Assembly: GCA_000934665.2 (NCBI GenBank)
Contig: JYFJ02004108.1
Location: 1 to 34,781 of the forward strand
Reading direction: 5' to 3'
DNA: 34,781 bases
Source of the DNA: Catajapyx aquilonaris
Taxonomy: Eukaryota
Shown: in pieces, positions 34,467-34,781 of the stretch
How positions within the stretch are numbered: position 1 is the first letter of the stretch
Layout: every line of letters starts with the position of its first letter
Made by a program: the position numbers and the translations under genes
Notes under the pieces: model-generated
Databases searched by the model: none
Told to the model about the DNA's origin: nothing
What the model saw: only the letters and a program-made list of their open reading frames with translations

Positions 34467-34535
34467 CTACTGCAGTGTCGCCATACTCTTGTAACTCAAG
34501 AATGAAGAAATCTCTGTCTCGTTCATTCCAGACAC
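34467..34535 (-). CDS. DEPDC5: Candidate 69-nt symmetric DEPDC5 cassette exon (VWNERDRDFFILELQEYGDTAV)
   Basis: Acceptor CTTCCCTTTGCTAG| and donor TAG|GTGAGT. Open in phase 1 to 1, compatible with the phase-1 acceptor at 31189. Confidence 0.45.
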   Translation of the reverse strand: MSGMNETEISSFLSYKSMATLQ

Positions 34536-34781
34536 CTAGCAAAGGGAAGGTGTTACAACTGTCAACAGCAAAAGTGGCCCATATCCCAAGTAATCTCAAA
34601 AGTAAAATAAATAAATAAAATAAATTCAATGGCATTAATTTGGCACCTGGGGGGGTCATGGTTAGTGACCAAAAAAAAAAAAAGATAAATAAAAACCCAA
34701 CCACACTGGCACACATGACACAAAACTGTTTTAAATCTCAGCTATCATGCATTTCTAATTCACACTGGGGTAAATAAAATT

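Noticed and set aside
1..34781. CRISPR arrays, tRNA/rRNA genes, prokaryotic operons or defence systems
   Set aside because: No regularly spaced repeat-spacer array, cloverleaf or rRNA-like sequence was seen; the window is spliceosomal-intron-containing eukaryotic DNA.

Overview
Eukaryotic (arthropod-like, short-intron) genomic DNA with seven spliced protein-coding genes and no prokaryotic features. In order: TMCO6-like (-), an OB-fold-only STN1 (-), SNRNP48/U11-48K (-), a coiled-coil+PDZ gene with large 5' introns (+), IFT22/RABL5 (-), TYW1 (+) and the 3' part of DEPDC5/Iml1 (-). All exon models were built by hand from splice sites and reading-frame phase. The most striking signal is a minor-spliceosome module in the first 6 kb. 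SNRNP48 carries a tandem ATATCCTTT element (USSE-type) just downstream of PTC-generating cryptic acceptors. The next gene, STN1, has a 64-nt U12-type intron, and its spliced CDS overlaps the TMCO6 start by 26 nt, suggesting a dicistronic unit. Both U12-failure outcomes (intron retention, or a cryptic U2 donor) instead end the STN1 frame exactly at an in-frame TMCO6 ATG (TGAATGA), a possible splicing-gated STN1/TMCO6 switch. DEPDC5 shows a candidate mutually exclusive exon pair with an AG|GTGAGT recursive-type site, plus candidate microexons. Gene identities rest on recalled family motifs; no searches were run.
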